Virus record (IMG/VR): IMGVR_UViG_3300032216_000524
Span: 1-64,000 of that record
Direction: 5' to 3' (one strand)
Origin: a virus
Lineage: Duplodnaviria; Caudoviricetes
DNA length: 64,000 nucleotides
Below the pieces are notes generated by a model, which did no database searches, had not been told where the DNA came from, and saw only the letters and a list, made by a program, of their open reading frames with translations. Below, in pieces: positions 27,732 through 38,100 of this stretch. Positions within the stretch are counted from its first letter, which is position 1; every line of letters starts with the position of its first letter. The position numbers and the translations under genes are program-made.

Positions 27732-28466
27732 TTATGGTGTATCGTTCCAACTATCTAATATATCGCCATTAGCAAAATCGCCTTCAGCTGTGTATTTTGT
27801 TCCAAAGTCTGTTCCAGTAGCATTTACAAATATTGTGCTGATTGGACCAGAAGCAGAAATTGGACCAAAGAAATTCATCTTAAGAGTAAAAGTGATTGTA
27901 TAGATTACCATTCGTCTTTCTTGAAAGTCCCCATCATAGTTATCTTCAACAGATACACTATTCATAATGATTGGTATATCTAAATCAACACTCATTCTTG
28001 GAATGGCTTTGATTGTAAGGGTAAACTCTGGAGTAAAGAATGGTAAAATTTGTTCTACAATTTGTAATGCGTCTTCTTGAGTCTTAGTTAAAACATACAA
28101 AGAAACATCAATGTTATATGGTACTGGAGAATATTGAGTTTTTAAATTTGGTTGCGCTGGATCGCTATTATCGTAACAAGATATTTTTGCCATACGATTT
28201 GTTTTACGAGAAGCGTCATAGGACATACCAGTAATTTCAAAAGACATTCTTGGTAGTACAGCGTAAACATGTTTCTCTAAACCTGGATCCTGCTCAACAC
28301 GAACTAACCATTTTTCTTTTGGTGCATATGTTAATGGGATTACCAATTCTTGGCCAATAGTTCCATCATTTTTTTCTCTTTGAATTTTGATGTTACTAAA
28401 CATTGAACCAAAGGCAACAATAACCTTACGAGTTAATCCGTGATAAAATGGAGGTATGTTAAGCAT
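27732..28466 (-). CDS. gp15: tail sheath stabiliser / completion protein
   Basis: FYHGLTRK..VAFG.MF.NI, PLTYAPKEKW, LPRMSFE, PVPYN, QIVEQILPFF.P, YT.TFTLK. Confidence 0.95.
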   Translation of the reverse strand: MLNIPPFYHGLTRKVIVAFGSMFSNIKIQREKNDGTIGQELVIPLTYAPKEKWLVRVEQDPGLEKHVYAVLPRMSFEITGMSYDASRKTNRMAKISCYDNSDPAQPNLKTQYSPVPYNIDVSLYVLTKTQEDALQIVEQILPFFTPEFTLTIKAIPRMSVDLDIPIIMNSVSVEDNYDGDFQERRMVIYTITFTLKMNFFGPISASGPISTIFVNATGTDFGTKYTAEGDFANGDILDSWNDTP

Positions 28467-29380
28467 TACTGAATATCTCCAAACGGATTATTAACATTAA
28501 ATACTAACTCTGTAGCTTCTGCTTTGAACTTAACATTGTCGCCGAATGATTGAGGTAAATCTGGATCTGCTTCGATCGTGCAGTAGCCAGTTGCTTGATC
28601 TCCAAAATCTGGAGCAGCAATTTGTAATATTGGCGCAGTATCATATCCTGTTCCAACATCTGTAATAGTTAATTTAGTAACTTCACCATCAGAAATTGTA
28701 GCAACAACTTTAGCAGGTTTCCATGCAGCAGTACCATTACCACCAGTCAATATAACTTCTGGTGCGCTAGTATAACCAGAACCACCATATTCTAAGAATA
28801 CATGGGTAACTGCGCCAGTCGCATTTCGTGCAAAGTCTGTATCGTATGATTTAAGAGTTTCGAAAACATCGATATCTTTGAATCCAGTATCGATATGCTC
28901 GGAAGCATACTGGAATAGTTCAACTTGTAGTTTGTAAACATACAATTTACCCAACTGATAGAATGGGTCTTGGTGTTGAACGAATTTGATTTCAAACAAA
29001 CCTTTAGTCAAAGGGAAGTAAAGTAAATCACCCTCACATGGTCTATTTGGTAATTGTGTAGTTCCGAAACGACCAACTAATTGATCCCATCTACGACGAG
29101 CAACAGTAAGAGTTGCTGACTGTTCCATCATTAACCCAAATTTATTAATGAACGCACCCTGTCCCTCAAACCCATCTACGGAGTCGAGATACATTTCAAT
29201 ACCGAATGCCTGCTTAAATTCAGACAAACGATCTTCACCCAAGATGTTATCTTTGGCTACGAGAGTTCTTGGAATATAATAAAAGTCTTGTCCATAAATT
29301 TGCATGGACTCAATTATAATATCTTCCAATAGGTATTGTTCGTTGCCAGTACCTTGAGAAAAGTAAACATTTCTTGCCAC
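28466..29380 (-). CDS. gp14: neck protein with inserted Ig-like module
   Basis: EQYLLED.IIES.QIYG, YYIPR, GFEGQG.FINKFGL, RP.EGDLLYFPL, FEIKFV, PFYQLGK.YVYKL..ELF.Y..E, NPFG. Confidence 0.95.
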   Translation of the reverse strand: MARNVYFSQGTGNEQYLLEDIIIESMQIYGQDFYYIPRTLVAKDNILGEDRLSEFKQAFGIEMYLDSVDGFEGQGAFINKFGLMMEQSATLTVARRRWDQLVGRFGTTQLPNRPCEGDLLYFPLTKGLFEIKFVQHQDPFYQLGKLYVYKLQVELFQYASEHIDTGFKDIDVFETLKSYDTDFARNATGAVTHVFLEYGGSGYTSAPEVILTGGNGTAAWKPAKVVATISDGEVTKLTITDVGTGYDTAPILQIAAPDFGDQATGYCTIEADPDLPQSFGDNVKFKAEATELVFNVNNPFGDIQ

Positions 29381-29383
29381 AAT

Positions 29384-30397
29384 TTATCCTAAGAAAAAGT
29401 CTAGTGGTGCTGCTTTATTTTGAATTTCGTCTTCCAATTCTTTAATTTCGGAAATTGCTTCCTGATACAACTTATCACCATCTAGTGTAACACCCCCAGG
29501 AAGCTGCAATCCGCTAAACTTTTTAAGGTTAGTACCCCACTGTCTTTTGATCAGTGCGGTTGTATATCTTTTGAGCCATGGCTCATTCCAAACACGACTA
29601 AACTCGTTTGGATCTAAAGCACGATATGCTTCAATAACTATGTAGTTTCCTACTTCAACTTTGTTTGCAGTTTTCCAATCCATATCGATATACAATCTAT
29701 TTTCTAAACGATTGAAACGATAGATAGGTTTACCATTCAACACCAAATCTAGTGTTGCCAAATGTTGCATAACAGTTGTATAGTAAATCAACGAGGTACT
29801 AGACAAATCATAAAGGTCATTTAAACGCAATTGATACTGCAAGTCAAAAATAGATTTTGAAGAGGAAGTGCCTTGATATAAATTTAGTACACGAGAAACG
29901 CCATATACAGCATCAGCCACTGGGATCCAACCATTGTCTATATCACCAGCAGTAAAGAAATCATCAGCAGAAGAAACAGTTGCTGTTGGACCTTCTGCTC
30001 CACCAAACATTATAAGAGTTTCACCTTGTATAAAAGCAGCTGGACCAACTGGATTTACAGCCAAATGGGGTAACTTAATTAAACCAGCAACCTGCAGTAC
30101 GCTTGGATCTGTTGTTGGATAAACTCTTGCCATTGTACCAGAAGTTTCTCCCTGAACAACCATACCATAAGTAAAATCTAATCCATTAGTTTCTACAATT
30201 TTTAATTGTGAAGCAGTAACCTGATGTTTCAAATAGAATTTTTCGATACCATCATAGTGGTATAATCTAAAAATATCTAATGATTCGTCAATACGATCTT
30301 CAATCTGATCATCGTCTACATTTATCTCGAGTACAGGTGCACCAAGATTGCGTAAACAATAATTTTTAAAATCTATTCTGCTTGCTGGAATCGCCAT
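29384..30397 (-). CDS. gp13: neck protein with inserted domain
   Basis: YCLRNLGAPVLEINVDDDQIEDRIDESL, IKRQWGTNLKKF.G.QLPGGVTLDG..LY.EA..E. Confidence 0.95.
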   Translation of the reverse strand: MAIPASRIDFKNYCLRNLGAPVLEINVDDDQIEDRIDESLDIFRLYHYDGIEKFYLKHQVTASQLKIVETNGLDFTYGMVVQGETSGTMARVYPTTDPSVLQVAGLIKLPHLAVNPVGPAAFIQGETLIMFGGAEGPTATVSSADDFFTAGDIDNGWIPVADAVYGVSRVLNLYQGTSSSKSIFDLQYQLRLNDLYDLSSTSLIYYTTVMQHLATLDLVLNGKPIYRFNRLENRLYIDMDWKTANKVEVGNYIVIEAYRALDPNEFSRVWNEPWLKRYTTALIKRQWGTNLKKFSGLQLPGGVTLDGDKLYQEAISEIKELEDEIQNKAAPLDFFLG

Positions 30398-30398
30398 C

Positions 30399-33300
30399 TT
30401 AGTTTCCTAACTTTGCTTTTAATTCGTCGATTTGTTTTTGCTGGTCTTTGATAGACTCAATCAAGTAAGCAATCAACTTAGTATATTGGATACCAGAAGT
30501 ATTTCCTTCTTGATCGTACTCGATAACTTCAGGAATAATTGGAGCAACCTGTTCAGCGATAAGACCAGCTTGTTTTCCAGTTCCGTGAATTGCATCGATC
30601 CAATCGAAGTTTACACCATTCAACTGAAGAACAGAACCCAAAGCATTGTTCAACGGAGTGATGTTTGTCTTGAATCTTTCTGAAGAAGTTTCAGTCAACG
30701 CAACAGTAGAAAGTGTACCAGTCGAAGCATTGAATGTTAATTTACTACTTGATATTTTTGCAGTTGTCAATGATCCAGAAGACGAAGTCGACATTGTTGG
30801 ATATAAAGTGGTAGTGCTAGTATCATCAGACAGTGTAGCACCTGCTGCTGCCCAAGAAAGAGTTCCTGAACCATTCGTTACAAGAGCGTATCCACTAGTA
30901 CCATCTGCTGAAGGTAGAGTATATGTTGCAGTACCTGCTGCAGCTGGAGCAACGAATTTGACAGAACCAGAAGAAGAACCTTTAAGAGCCAAAGTTCCGT
31001 TCAAGTTTGTAGTTGCACCAGATGCTGCACCAATGTTTAATGTAGTAGCAGCACCTGCAAAGTTGACTGTAGTTGCAGTAGTATTCACAAGAGCAAAAGT
31101 ACTACTATCAGTAATTAACGATGTGGTGATTGTTGGGCTAGTTCCGAATACTAATGAACCAGAACCAGTTTCATCAGAGATAATACCAGCCAATTCTGAA
31201 GAAGAGGTTGCAGCGAATACAGAAAGTTTATTGCTTGTAGTAGCAAGAGTCGCAGATGCGTCTGGTAATGTAAATGTCTTTTCTGATGTTGTTGGACCAG
31301 TAAACTTAGTAAATCCGTTACCAGTACCACCATAAGTAGAAGCAATGACTTGAGTCAAAGCTGCAGAACCATCAAAGTTATTACCGTAGATAGAACGAGC
31401 AGTAGTAAGAGTTGCAGCTGAACCATCGATACTAGTAATACCAGTCAATGACTGTGAAGCAGAAGATCTATTGATAGCAATTGAAGTTGTACCAAGATAG
31501 AATGTTTGATTGTTTAACGCAACAGTACCAGTTGTGCTTGGTAGAGTAATTGTAGTTGAATCAGTACCAGCAAGAGTGATTGTATTATTAACAGTGAATG
31601 TTTTACCATCAGCAACAGCAAGAGTTGAACCAGTTGCTGGCGCAGTGATTGCCATTTTGTTAATAGATGTAGCAGAAGCAACCCCAAGAGATGGAGTTGT
31701 TAGTGATGGGCTAGTTCCGAATACAAATGCGCCAGTACCAGTTGCGCCAGTAGAAGTTACACCTTCAATAGTTGGGTGTCCAGTAATTGTTGGAGAAGCA
31801 TCAAATACAAACTTACCAGTACCAGTTGCACCAGTAGAAGTAACACCTTCAATAGTTGGGTGACCAGTAATTGTTGGGCTGGCGCTAAGAACCATGCTAC
31901 CAGTACCAGTAACAGAGTTAGAAAGAGTTACACCACCATAAGTTAATGCAGCAGAGAATGTTCCGTTGGTTGCTGTAAGAGCGCCCATTTTAACTGCATC
32001 ATATGTTGCACCAGTAAAACTTTGAGTAGTTCCAGCAACTGGATTATTAGTTGGAGCACTATAAAATTTCCAAGTAGCATCGGTATGATCTTTTAATAGA
32101 CCAGTATATAGCGTAGTTCCAGCTGGTTTGTATTCACCAATTAAACCGATATCGTGTATATTTCCAGTAGCACCAGCATTAACATAAATTGCAGAATCTG
32201 CACCAGAAACTGTTGCAATAGAACCAGTACTTTGTGTTCCAGTAACATATAAGTTACCTGCAACATAAAGATCTTTACCGACATTAATTGCAGAACCAGA
32301 AGAAGTGGCACCAATATTCATTGTGGTAGCACCACCACCAATATTTAATGTTGTGGCATTGGTATTGAATAATGTTGCAGTAGTTGAAGTAGTGGTGATG
32401 TCACCACCATTAACTGCGAGATCACCAGTGTTAGTTTGGTTACCTGTAACTTGCAGCGTTCCACCAACAGAAGCATTACTTGAAAGAGTAGCAACACCAG
32501 TCACACCCAGTGTGCCAGACATTGTAACACCTTCGGCACCATCGGTAGTAATTACTTTAAGGATACCAGTTTTTCCTGTAGCATCTAAAGATAAAGCAGA
32601 AGATACATTATCTTTCAATAACCATGTTTGTGCTGCGCCAGAGAATATATCTCCAGTATTCATATACAAAGCATAATTATTTAAAGCAGAACCAGAAGCG
32701 TCAGCATATAAGCCAACATTCAAACCACTAGCATGTGTATCTGTGGCTAGACCACGAACACCTACAGCAGAACCAGTATCGCTAGTTGAGAAAACAATAC
32801 CTTTACCAATTACACCTGCAGATTTTGTTGAACCTTTTGAAGTACCAGCACCATAAACACCAACACCCCATTGAGTAGAATCAGATCCAGAAGCAACACC
32901 CTCACCAACAACACCAACGATATATGGCTCAGTGTTACTTGTAGTTCCATTTGAAGAAATAAGTTTAGAATTTGGATAATCGCTTAATGACGCATCACTA
33001 CCAACTAAAATAGTAGTAGCAGTTGCAGCACCGAGTACTGGAGTAATTAAAGTTGGAGAATTATCGAATACAAATCTACCAGTACCAGTTGCACCAGTAA
33101 CAGTAACTCCTTCGATAGTCGCATGACCAGTAATTGTTGGATTACCGATTGAAGGAGAAGCATCAAATACAAACTTACCAGTACCAGTTGCACCAGTAGA
33201 AGTAACACCTTCTGCAGTGATATGGCCAGTAACAGATAATGTTCCATCTAATGTAGCATTACCGTGAACACGAAGTTGTTTTGCAATACCAACACCACCA

Positions 33301-35081
33301 TCAACAATCAATGCACCATTTGTGTATGCAGTTGATTCTGTTGTTTGTAATAGGTGTGCTGTAGTAGTAGTTAATGTTGCAGTATTTGTATTGTCATTGT
33401 AGAAGTATAAAGTATTATCGCCAGCGCCAACAGTTGCTTCAGCGAGAATATATGTTTTCTGATCAACAGACTTAACGCCACCCAATGAACCCCAAGAGGC
33501 AGCAGCATAACCTTCAAAAGTTGAAAGGTCAGTATTATAACGAACCTGACCAGTTACTCCAGTTGGTCGTTGAGCAGTTGTGCCGACAGGTAATTGAACA
33601 GACTTAACGCTATTGAATACTGTCTGAGCATTATTAACAGTTAATGTTCCAGTTGCAGCACCGATGCTGATAGTAGTACCAGCACCAAAAGCATTAACAG
33701 TTGTTGCAGTTGTATTGATTACATTAAATGTAGTTTGGTTGGTAGTTAAATCACCACCTTTAATCTGAACATCACCATTAACAGTTAAGTCATATCCAAC
33801 TGTTGTAGTTCCTGAAGATGTAGAACCGATGTTAGTTGTAGTTGAAGCACCACCAACATTAAGAGTAGTTGCAGTAGTGTTCAGTAAATTGAATGTAGTT
33901 TGGTTGGTAGTTAAATCACCACCTTTAACCTGAACATCACCATCAACTGTTAAATCGTGTTTAACATTAGCATCATAGCCGATAGTTGTAGTACCAGAAG
34001 ATGTAGAACCGATCGCAGTTGTAGTTGCTGAGTCACCAATAGTGATTGAAGTTTGACCATCAGCCAATACTTTAGTCGCTTCAAGAACTTTAGTATTTGC
34101 AATTTTAAATTGTTTACCAGAAGCGATATTCCAATGTTCGCTTGAAGTCCAATTAGAGTTTGAACTATCCCAGATAATTGTTTTATCTGTATCACCCTTA
34201 AGAGTAATACCACCACCATTCGCAGTAGTATCAGTAGGTGTAGCTACAGAACCTAATTCAATATTTTTATCATCAATTGTGATAGTTGTTGAGTTTACAG
34301 TAGTTGTTGTTCCATTTACTGTAAGGTTACCAGTAATAACTGTATTACCAGTTACAGCTAAGTCAGAACCAACATAAAGTTTTTTGGCAATACCAACACC
34401 ACCAGCAACTCTCAACACACCAGTAGTAGTTGAAGATGCATCAGTAGTACCAGTAATATAGAACGAAGCCATTCCATCGATAGCAGTATATGTGCTACCC
34501 AATGTCATTGCAGTTGTGCCGATTGTAAATCCAGGATTTACCCAGTCAGGTGCAGTTGATGCTCCAGTTGAACGAAGCACATAACCAGTGGCTCCTGGGG
34601 CGATAAATCCAGTAGTATTAGCATCAGCCTGATACATCAAATAACCAGCAGAACCACCAGCAATGTTAGTAGCAGTAGTTGCGGTAGTAGCAGTACCAGT
34701 AGAAAGAGCAGAAGCATTAACCCAAGTTGGTCCAGAAGTTCCACCAGATGTTAAAACCTGTCCAGAACTACCAGCAAGAGATAAACCAAAAGAAGAACCT
34801 TGAGAGTAAACAATAGCACCCGCAACACCAGTAAGAGCAGCACCAGTACCACCGTATCCTAAACCAATCGCATTACCGTTCCATACAGTATTGGAACCCA
34901 TTGTTTTATTGGTAAAGGTTTGGGTAGCTGTTAGAGTTGGAACCTGTCTACCACCGACAGTAGTACCATCGTGGATTCGAATTGTCCATTGTTCGGTATC
35001 TACCGTGAATTCACCCTGCGCTCCTGTGAACGCATTATTTTGTGAGGTAGTTCCTCGTCTAAACTGTACTTGGGTTGCCAT
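30399..35081 (-). CDS. long tail fibre / adhesin, 1560 aa, with Mtd-like N-terminal domain and C-terminal intramolecular chaperone (peptidase S74-like)
   Basis: MATQVQFRRGTT..N..FTGA.GE.TVDT....IRIHDG.T.GG N-terminus; Thr/Gly-rich repeats; SSERFKTNI..L, GLIAEQV..IIPEV, IQYTKL.AYLIESIK.QQ.QI. Confidence 0.85.
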   Translation of the reverse strand: MATQVQFRRGTTSQNNAFTGAQGEFTVDTEQWTIRIHDGTTVGGRQVPTLTATQTFTNKTMGSNTVWNGNAIGLGYGGTGAALTGVAGAIVYSQGSSFGLSLAGSSGQVLTSGGTSGPTWVNASALSTGTATTATTATNIAGGSAGYLMYQADANTTGFIAPGATGYVLRSTGASTAPDWVNPGFTIGTTAMTLGSTYTAIDGMASFYITGTTDASSTTTGVLRVAGGVGIAKKLYVGSDLAVTGNTVITGNLTVNGTTTTVNSTTITIDDKNIELGSVATPTDTTANGGGITLKGDTDKTIIWDSSNSNWTSSEHWNIASGKQFKIANTKVLEATKVLADGQTSITIGDSATTTAIGSTSSGTTTIGYDANVKHDLTVDGDVQVKGGDLTTNQTTFNLLNTTATTLNVGGASTTTNIGSTSSGTTTVGYDLTVNGDVQIKGGDLTTNQTTFNVINTTATTVNAFGAGTTISIGAATGTLTVNNAQTVFNSVKSVQLPVGTTAQRPTGVTGQVRYNTDLSTFEGYAAASWGSLGGVKSVDQKTYILAEATVGAGDNTLYFYNDNTNTATLTTTTAHLLQTTESTAYTNGALIVDGGVGIAKQLRVHGNATLDGTLSVTGHITAEGVTSTGATGTGKFVFDASPSIGNPTITGHATIEGVTVTGATGTGRFVFDNSPTLITPVLGAATATTILVGSDASLSDYPNSKLISSNGTTSNTEPYIVGVVGEGVASGSDSTQWGVGVYGAGTSKGSTKSAGVIGKGIVFSTSDTGSAVGVRGLATDTHASGLNVGLYADASGSALNNYALYMNTGDIFSGAAQTWLLKDNVSSALSLDATGKTGILKVITTDGAEGVTMSGTLGVTGVATLSSNASVGGTLQVTGNQTNTGDLAVNGGDITTTSTTATLFNTNATTLNIGGGATTMNIGATSSGSAINVGKDLYVAGNLYVTGTQSTGSIATVSGADSAIYVNAGATGNIHDIGLIGEYKPAGTTLYTGLLKDHTDATWKFYSAPTNNPVAGTTQSFTGATYDAVKMGALTATNGTFSAALTYGGVTLSNSVTGTGSMVLSASPTITGHPTIEGVTSTGATGTGKFVFDASPTITGHPTIEGVTSTGATGTGAFVFGTSPSLTTPSLGVASATSINKMAITAPATGSTLAVADGKTFTVNNTITLAGTDSTTITLPSTTGTVALNNQTFYLGTTSIAINRSSASQSLTGITSIDGSAATLTTARSIYGNNFDGSAALTQVIASTYGGTGNGFTKFTGPTTSEKTFTLPDASATLATTSNKLSVFAATSSSELAGIISDETGSGSLVFGTSPTITTSLITDSSTFALVNTTATTVNFAGAATTLNIGAASGATTNLNGTLALKGSSSGSVKFVAPAAAGTATYTLPSADGTSGYALVTNGSGTLSWAAAGATLSDDTSTTTLYPTMSTSSSGSLTTAKISSSKLTFNASTGTLSTVALTETSSERFKTNITPLNNALGSVLQLNGVNFDWIDAIHGTGKQAGLIAEQVAPIIPEVIEYDQEGNTSGIQYTKLIAYLIESIKDQQKQIDELKAKLGN
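31792..31850. repeat. 59-bp exact direct repeat, copy 1
   Basis: GGAGAAGCATCAAATACAAACTTACCAGTACCAGTTGCACCAGTAGAAGTAACACCTTC; encodes EGVTSTGATGTGKFVFDASP. Confidence 0.9.
33154..33212. repeat. 59-bp exact direct repeat, copy 2
   Basis: Identical to 31792-31850 on base-by-base comparison. Confidence 0.9.
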
Positions 35082-35104
35082 TTAAAAGTTCCTCTAATTT
35101 TGTA

Positions 35105-35111
35105 TATTTAT
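35105..35111 (-). promoter_or_regulatory. late promoter motif ATAAATA upstream of the 1560-aa fibre
   Basis: Overlaps the TAA stop of 35108..38284. Confidence 0.5.
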
Positions 35112-38100
35112 GCCTGTGCTTCTGACCAGAATAAGTTAATGTTTACAGCAGCTGCAGTACCATCAACAACATTAATAGTACCTGCCATAGTATAATGGCG
35201 TGAGCAGTTGTAGTATAAGATATCTGGAGCGTCAGTAGGTACTGTCCAGGTAATTGTTCCGACAGCAGCTCCATTATTAGTTACTCCATCATTGTATGCA
35301 TCACCAGTACCAGTTGATTGTACTGTTTTAATATAAAATGGATGTCCAAGAGCATTCATGTCAAATGTATATGTCTGTCCTCGAACAACAGTAATTGTTG
35401 GGTTTCCATAACCATTTAAACTATACTTACCATATCTTTCAATAACCTCGTAAGATGTAACACCAATAGGTAGTGGTTTAACAACGATTGATAAAGTATC
35501 TGGACCATCAGGGAAATTACCATAACCACCAATAGCAGAGTTAGATAATTCTTTAAGGTTTGATAAATCAATCTCAGAGAATCCGTCTGGTTGTCCTAGC
35601 GTGGAGAAAATTTGTTCTCCTGGTTCTGCTGCATATGGTAATCCATTTGAAACTTGAGCGAACGATGGTTGAGATCCCAACATTACTGTGTTTACAGAAT
35701 CCCAATTTAAATCTGTTGCGGAATCAATATTTCCTGGATTCAAAATACCATATACCTGAACAGATTGGTTAGATTGAACTTGTAATTTTTGAAGCAATAA
35801 TTGTGAACGATTAACTAAGTCTCGATCTCCAAGATTGCCAGAAATCGAATTTGATACAGCTGGCGCCAATCTTAGTGAGAACACTGTACGAGAATCGCCA
35901 ACAGGAATAATTTGACTCAAAGCCGAGTATGAGAAGTAGTATCCACGATCTTGATCAAAACCACCATCCATAATATAAGAAGAACCCCAGTGGTTTAATG
36001 TTGGAGATGCAGTGCAACTAATTAGTAATACAGAATTGTGTCCATTACCATAAGAATGGGCTACTGCTGAACCACCAGTAAATGATTTATTTGTTCCACC
36101 TAAGAATAATTGGAATGTTGCCCCACGAGTACAGTTTAACAATTCATTTGTTGACATATCCACACCAGTGAATTTTATACATTCATTTTGAATAAGAACG
36201 ACACCACCATTTACTGGAAAACGAGATACATCCTTAAGAGGAATTGTTGTAGCAGAATCGCTAATTGAGTCGGCCAATTCTCCGTTCACGGATTCATTGA
36301 TGGTTTGATAACGAACCGCAGAGTTCCCAGAACGCATGTAGGCTTCATCATTCACATTGTTCTGTTTCATACGGTGAGCAAGAATCATATTGCCATCTGG
36401 TCCACGACACATAAAGTCAATGAAACCAGCACCATACCACGAGAACGAAATTCCCATCATTTGCATTTTGTTCAGGTTAATATTATAACCAGAGATACCA
36501 GTTCCATCCAGCGAATCAATATTAAACTCTGACTGAGGAACACGATAATCAATAATTGTTGATAATTTAATACCCGAAGATCCATGGACACCACGATAAG
36601 CTGGATTGATTGTCATGGAGTTATCATCAGTGATAGACCCAACCATGTATGTCATACCACGAATAACAATTCTGTCACCAACTTTTAATTGTTGAGTAAA
36701 TCGACCAGATGTTGCTGTGACAGCTTGAGATCCTGGATTTACAGTACAGAAACCAGAAATTTGATATGTTGAAGAACGCTTAATAACTGCTAGTTCTTTA
36801 CCATCAAATTCCCAAAACAATCCGTTCTGATCATCAAACGCACCCATTCGAACGGATGCTCCATGCCAATATTTTAAAGTAACACGAGGTAAATTTGTAA
36901 TTACTGCACTGGTACTTCCTAATGAAGTTGAAGCAACAAGAGTGAAAGTGTTTTCACTAAGAATTGTATTAACGCCATATGTTCCATTATAACCCTCAGT
37001 AACAACACCAGCAATTTCGATAACAGCACCAACTTGTAGTCCATGATCTAATTCTGTTGTAACTGTAATGAGAGATCCTGGAGCAGTTGCTGAAGCAGAA
37101 ATTTGATCAAGATTCATAACAGGGTTAAACAAAACACCTGATGTCCAAAGAATACCTTTACCAGATTGGTAACGCATGTATTTTTTAGTTTGACGAGAAA
37201 CTGATGCTCCATGAGACGGAAGGAAGTTACCCAATTGAACACCACCATCAAAAGGGCGATGTAAAACAAATGCATCAGAACGAGTATGCAATACAATATT
37301 GATATTACTGTTGGCAACTACTCCACCAACACGAGCAGTAAATGTAAATGTATTTTGAGATGGAACTGTTTCTGCAAAGAAATTACCAGTTAGCAAACCG
37401 TAATTTCCACCACTTCCCGTACTCACACCAACCAAAGGAGCACCTGGAACTAAACCATGGTTTGCTGAACAGGTTATTGTAATTCTAGAAGGGTTTGCTT
37501 CATCTGAAACTGCAGTATATACGGGTATCTGAGAGCCAGCATAAAAACCTCCACGACGACCATAAGCAGATCCACCGTATAAAGACAACCCACTGGTTCC
37601 AACAATACCTTTAGCATAGTAGGTAAAAGTATTATCGTCTGGAACTGTGGCGATAACGAAAGCACCTTCAGCACGAGCGTAATTTGGTGTTCCTGTTAAA
37701 CCATAAATGATAACAGGATCTGCCACGGATAATCCATGAGGCGCAGAAGTTGTGACTGTAATCGTTGACGGAGATGAACCATCAGTTGTAATATTAGACA
37801 AAAATAAGTCAAGACCTGGTTTTTCATAAATTCCAGGAATGTTACGAATCTCTGTATAGTTCTGCCACTTAGTTGGTTGTAATCCATATTCAAAGTCAGC
37901 GTCAATTAGTGACTGTGGATTAGCAACACGCATACGCTCAATAGCGTCTACACCAAAAGCGTAGGGGCGAACAATATTACCAGTTTGTTTTGGAGCATCT
38001 GTATAAATCGCAATAGCGTCAGATGATGACATATCAGATGTATCATAGTTAAATGTTACAGTAGTAACACCAACCTGCTCACTAAAGAATCCAGCATCTT

